This document shows positions 63,692 through 64,000 of a DNA stretch of 64,000 nucleotides, in pieces. A program made the translations under genes and the position numbers. Under the pieces are notes generated by a model. The model was not told the origin of the DNA, did no database searches, and saw only the letters and a list, made by a program, of their open reading frames with translations. Numbering within the stretch: position 1 is the first letter of the stretch; each line of letters opens with the position of its first letter. Source of the stretch: a virus. The DNA lies in IMG/VR virus record IMGVR_UViG_3300042554_001073, one strand, 5' to 3'.

Positions 63692-64000
63692 ATGTCAAAT
63701 TACTTCAGACAAGTTCCAAATCTAGAATACGTAAATAGATTACCCAATGCGAAAATTGGGGATTATGCTCTTGTAAAAAATTTATTTAAAAGAGGTAAAC
63801 TCCGCGAAGATATTTTTGAAAATCTATCATTCTTCACTAAGTATCAAATAGAAGGTGATGACAGACCAGATAATGTGGCATTTAAAGTATATAATGATTC
63901 TAATTTAGATTGGGTAGTTCTCATTTGTAATAACATATTGAATATTCAAACAGAATGGCCATTACCCCAAAATGATTTTGACGGAATTCTTTTAGAAAAA
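63692..64000 (+). CDS. gp53: baseplate wedge subunit, partial (runs off the window edge)
   Basis: Translated by hand: MSNYFRQVPNLEY...YQIEGDDRPDNVAFKVYNDSNLDWVVLICNNI...EWPL. Confidence 0.85.
   Translation, partial: MSNYFRQVPNLEYVNRLPNAKIGDYALVKNLFKRGKLREDIFENLSFFTKYQIEGDDRPDNVAFKVYNDSNLDWVVLICNNILNIQTEWPLPQNDFDGILLEK

Overview
This is a 64 kb segment of a T4-like cyanomyovirus genome, identified from a phage CP12, two tRNAs, T4-type late promoters and gp26/gp51/gp5/gp48/gp53/gp4/gp2-like genes. All calls are by eye from motifs; no database search was run. Layout by coordinate: (1) 1-3.3 kb, small early-type hypothetical ORFs, including a tandem paralog triplet and two stem-loop promoter elements. 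(2) 3.4-41.3 kb, a very large hypervariable fibre/adhesin island on the minus strand, with long fibres, S74 chaperones, five of the six 2OG-Fe(II) oxygenases and a free-standing GIY-YIG homing endonuclease. (3) 41.3-43.3 kb, a sigma70-driven early island with a Mom-like DNA-modification GNAT, tRNA-Thr and tRNA-Leu. (4) 43.3-64 kb, the baseplate/tail module, with CP12 embedded and a small inverted promoter-2 ORF-terminator cassette. The most striking unexplained structure is the repeating grammar of the fibre island. Five copies of a [fibre stub ending in a short terminal peptide, mostly D-x-x-L-F/Y] + [113-133 aa beta adaptor] + [1-3 glycine-rich heads] cassette are present. A second [fibre with conserved C-terminal domain] + [MAP(I/F)FTG-headed head] cassette occurs twice with different heads. 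Nearly every unit carries its own late promoter, often fused to the upstream stop codon. This looks like a modular, swappable multi-adhesin system. That interpretation is inference.
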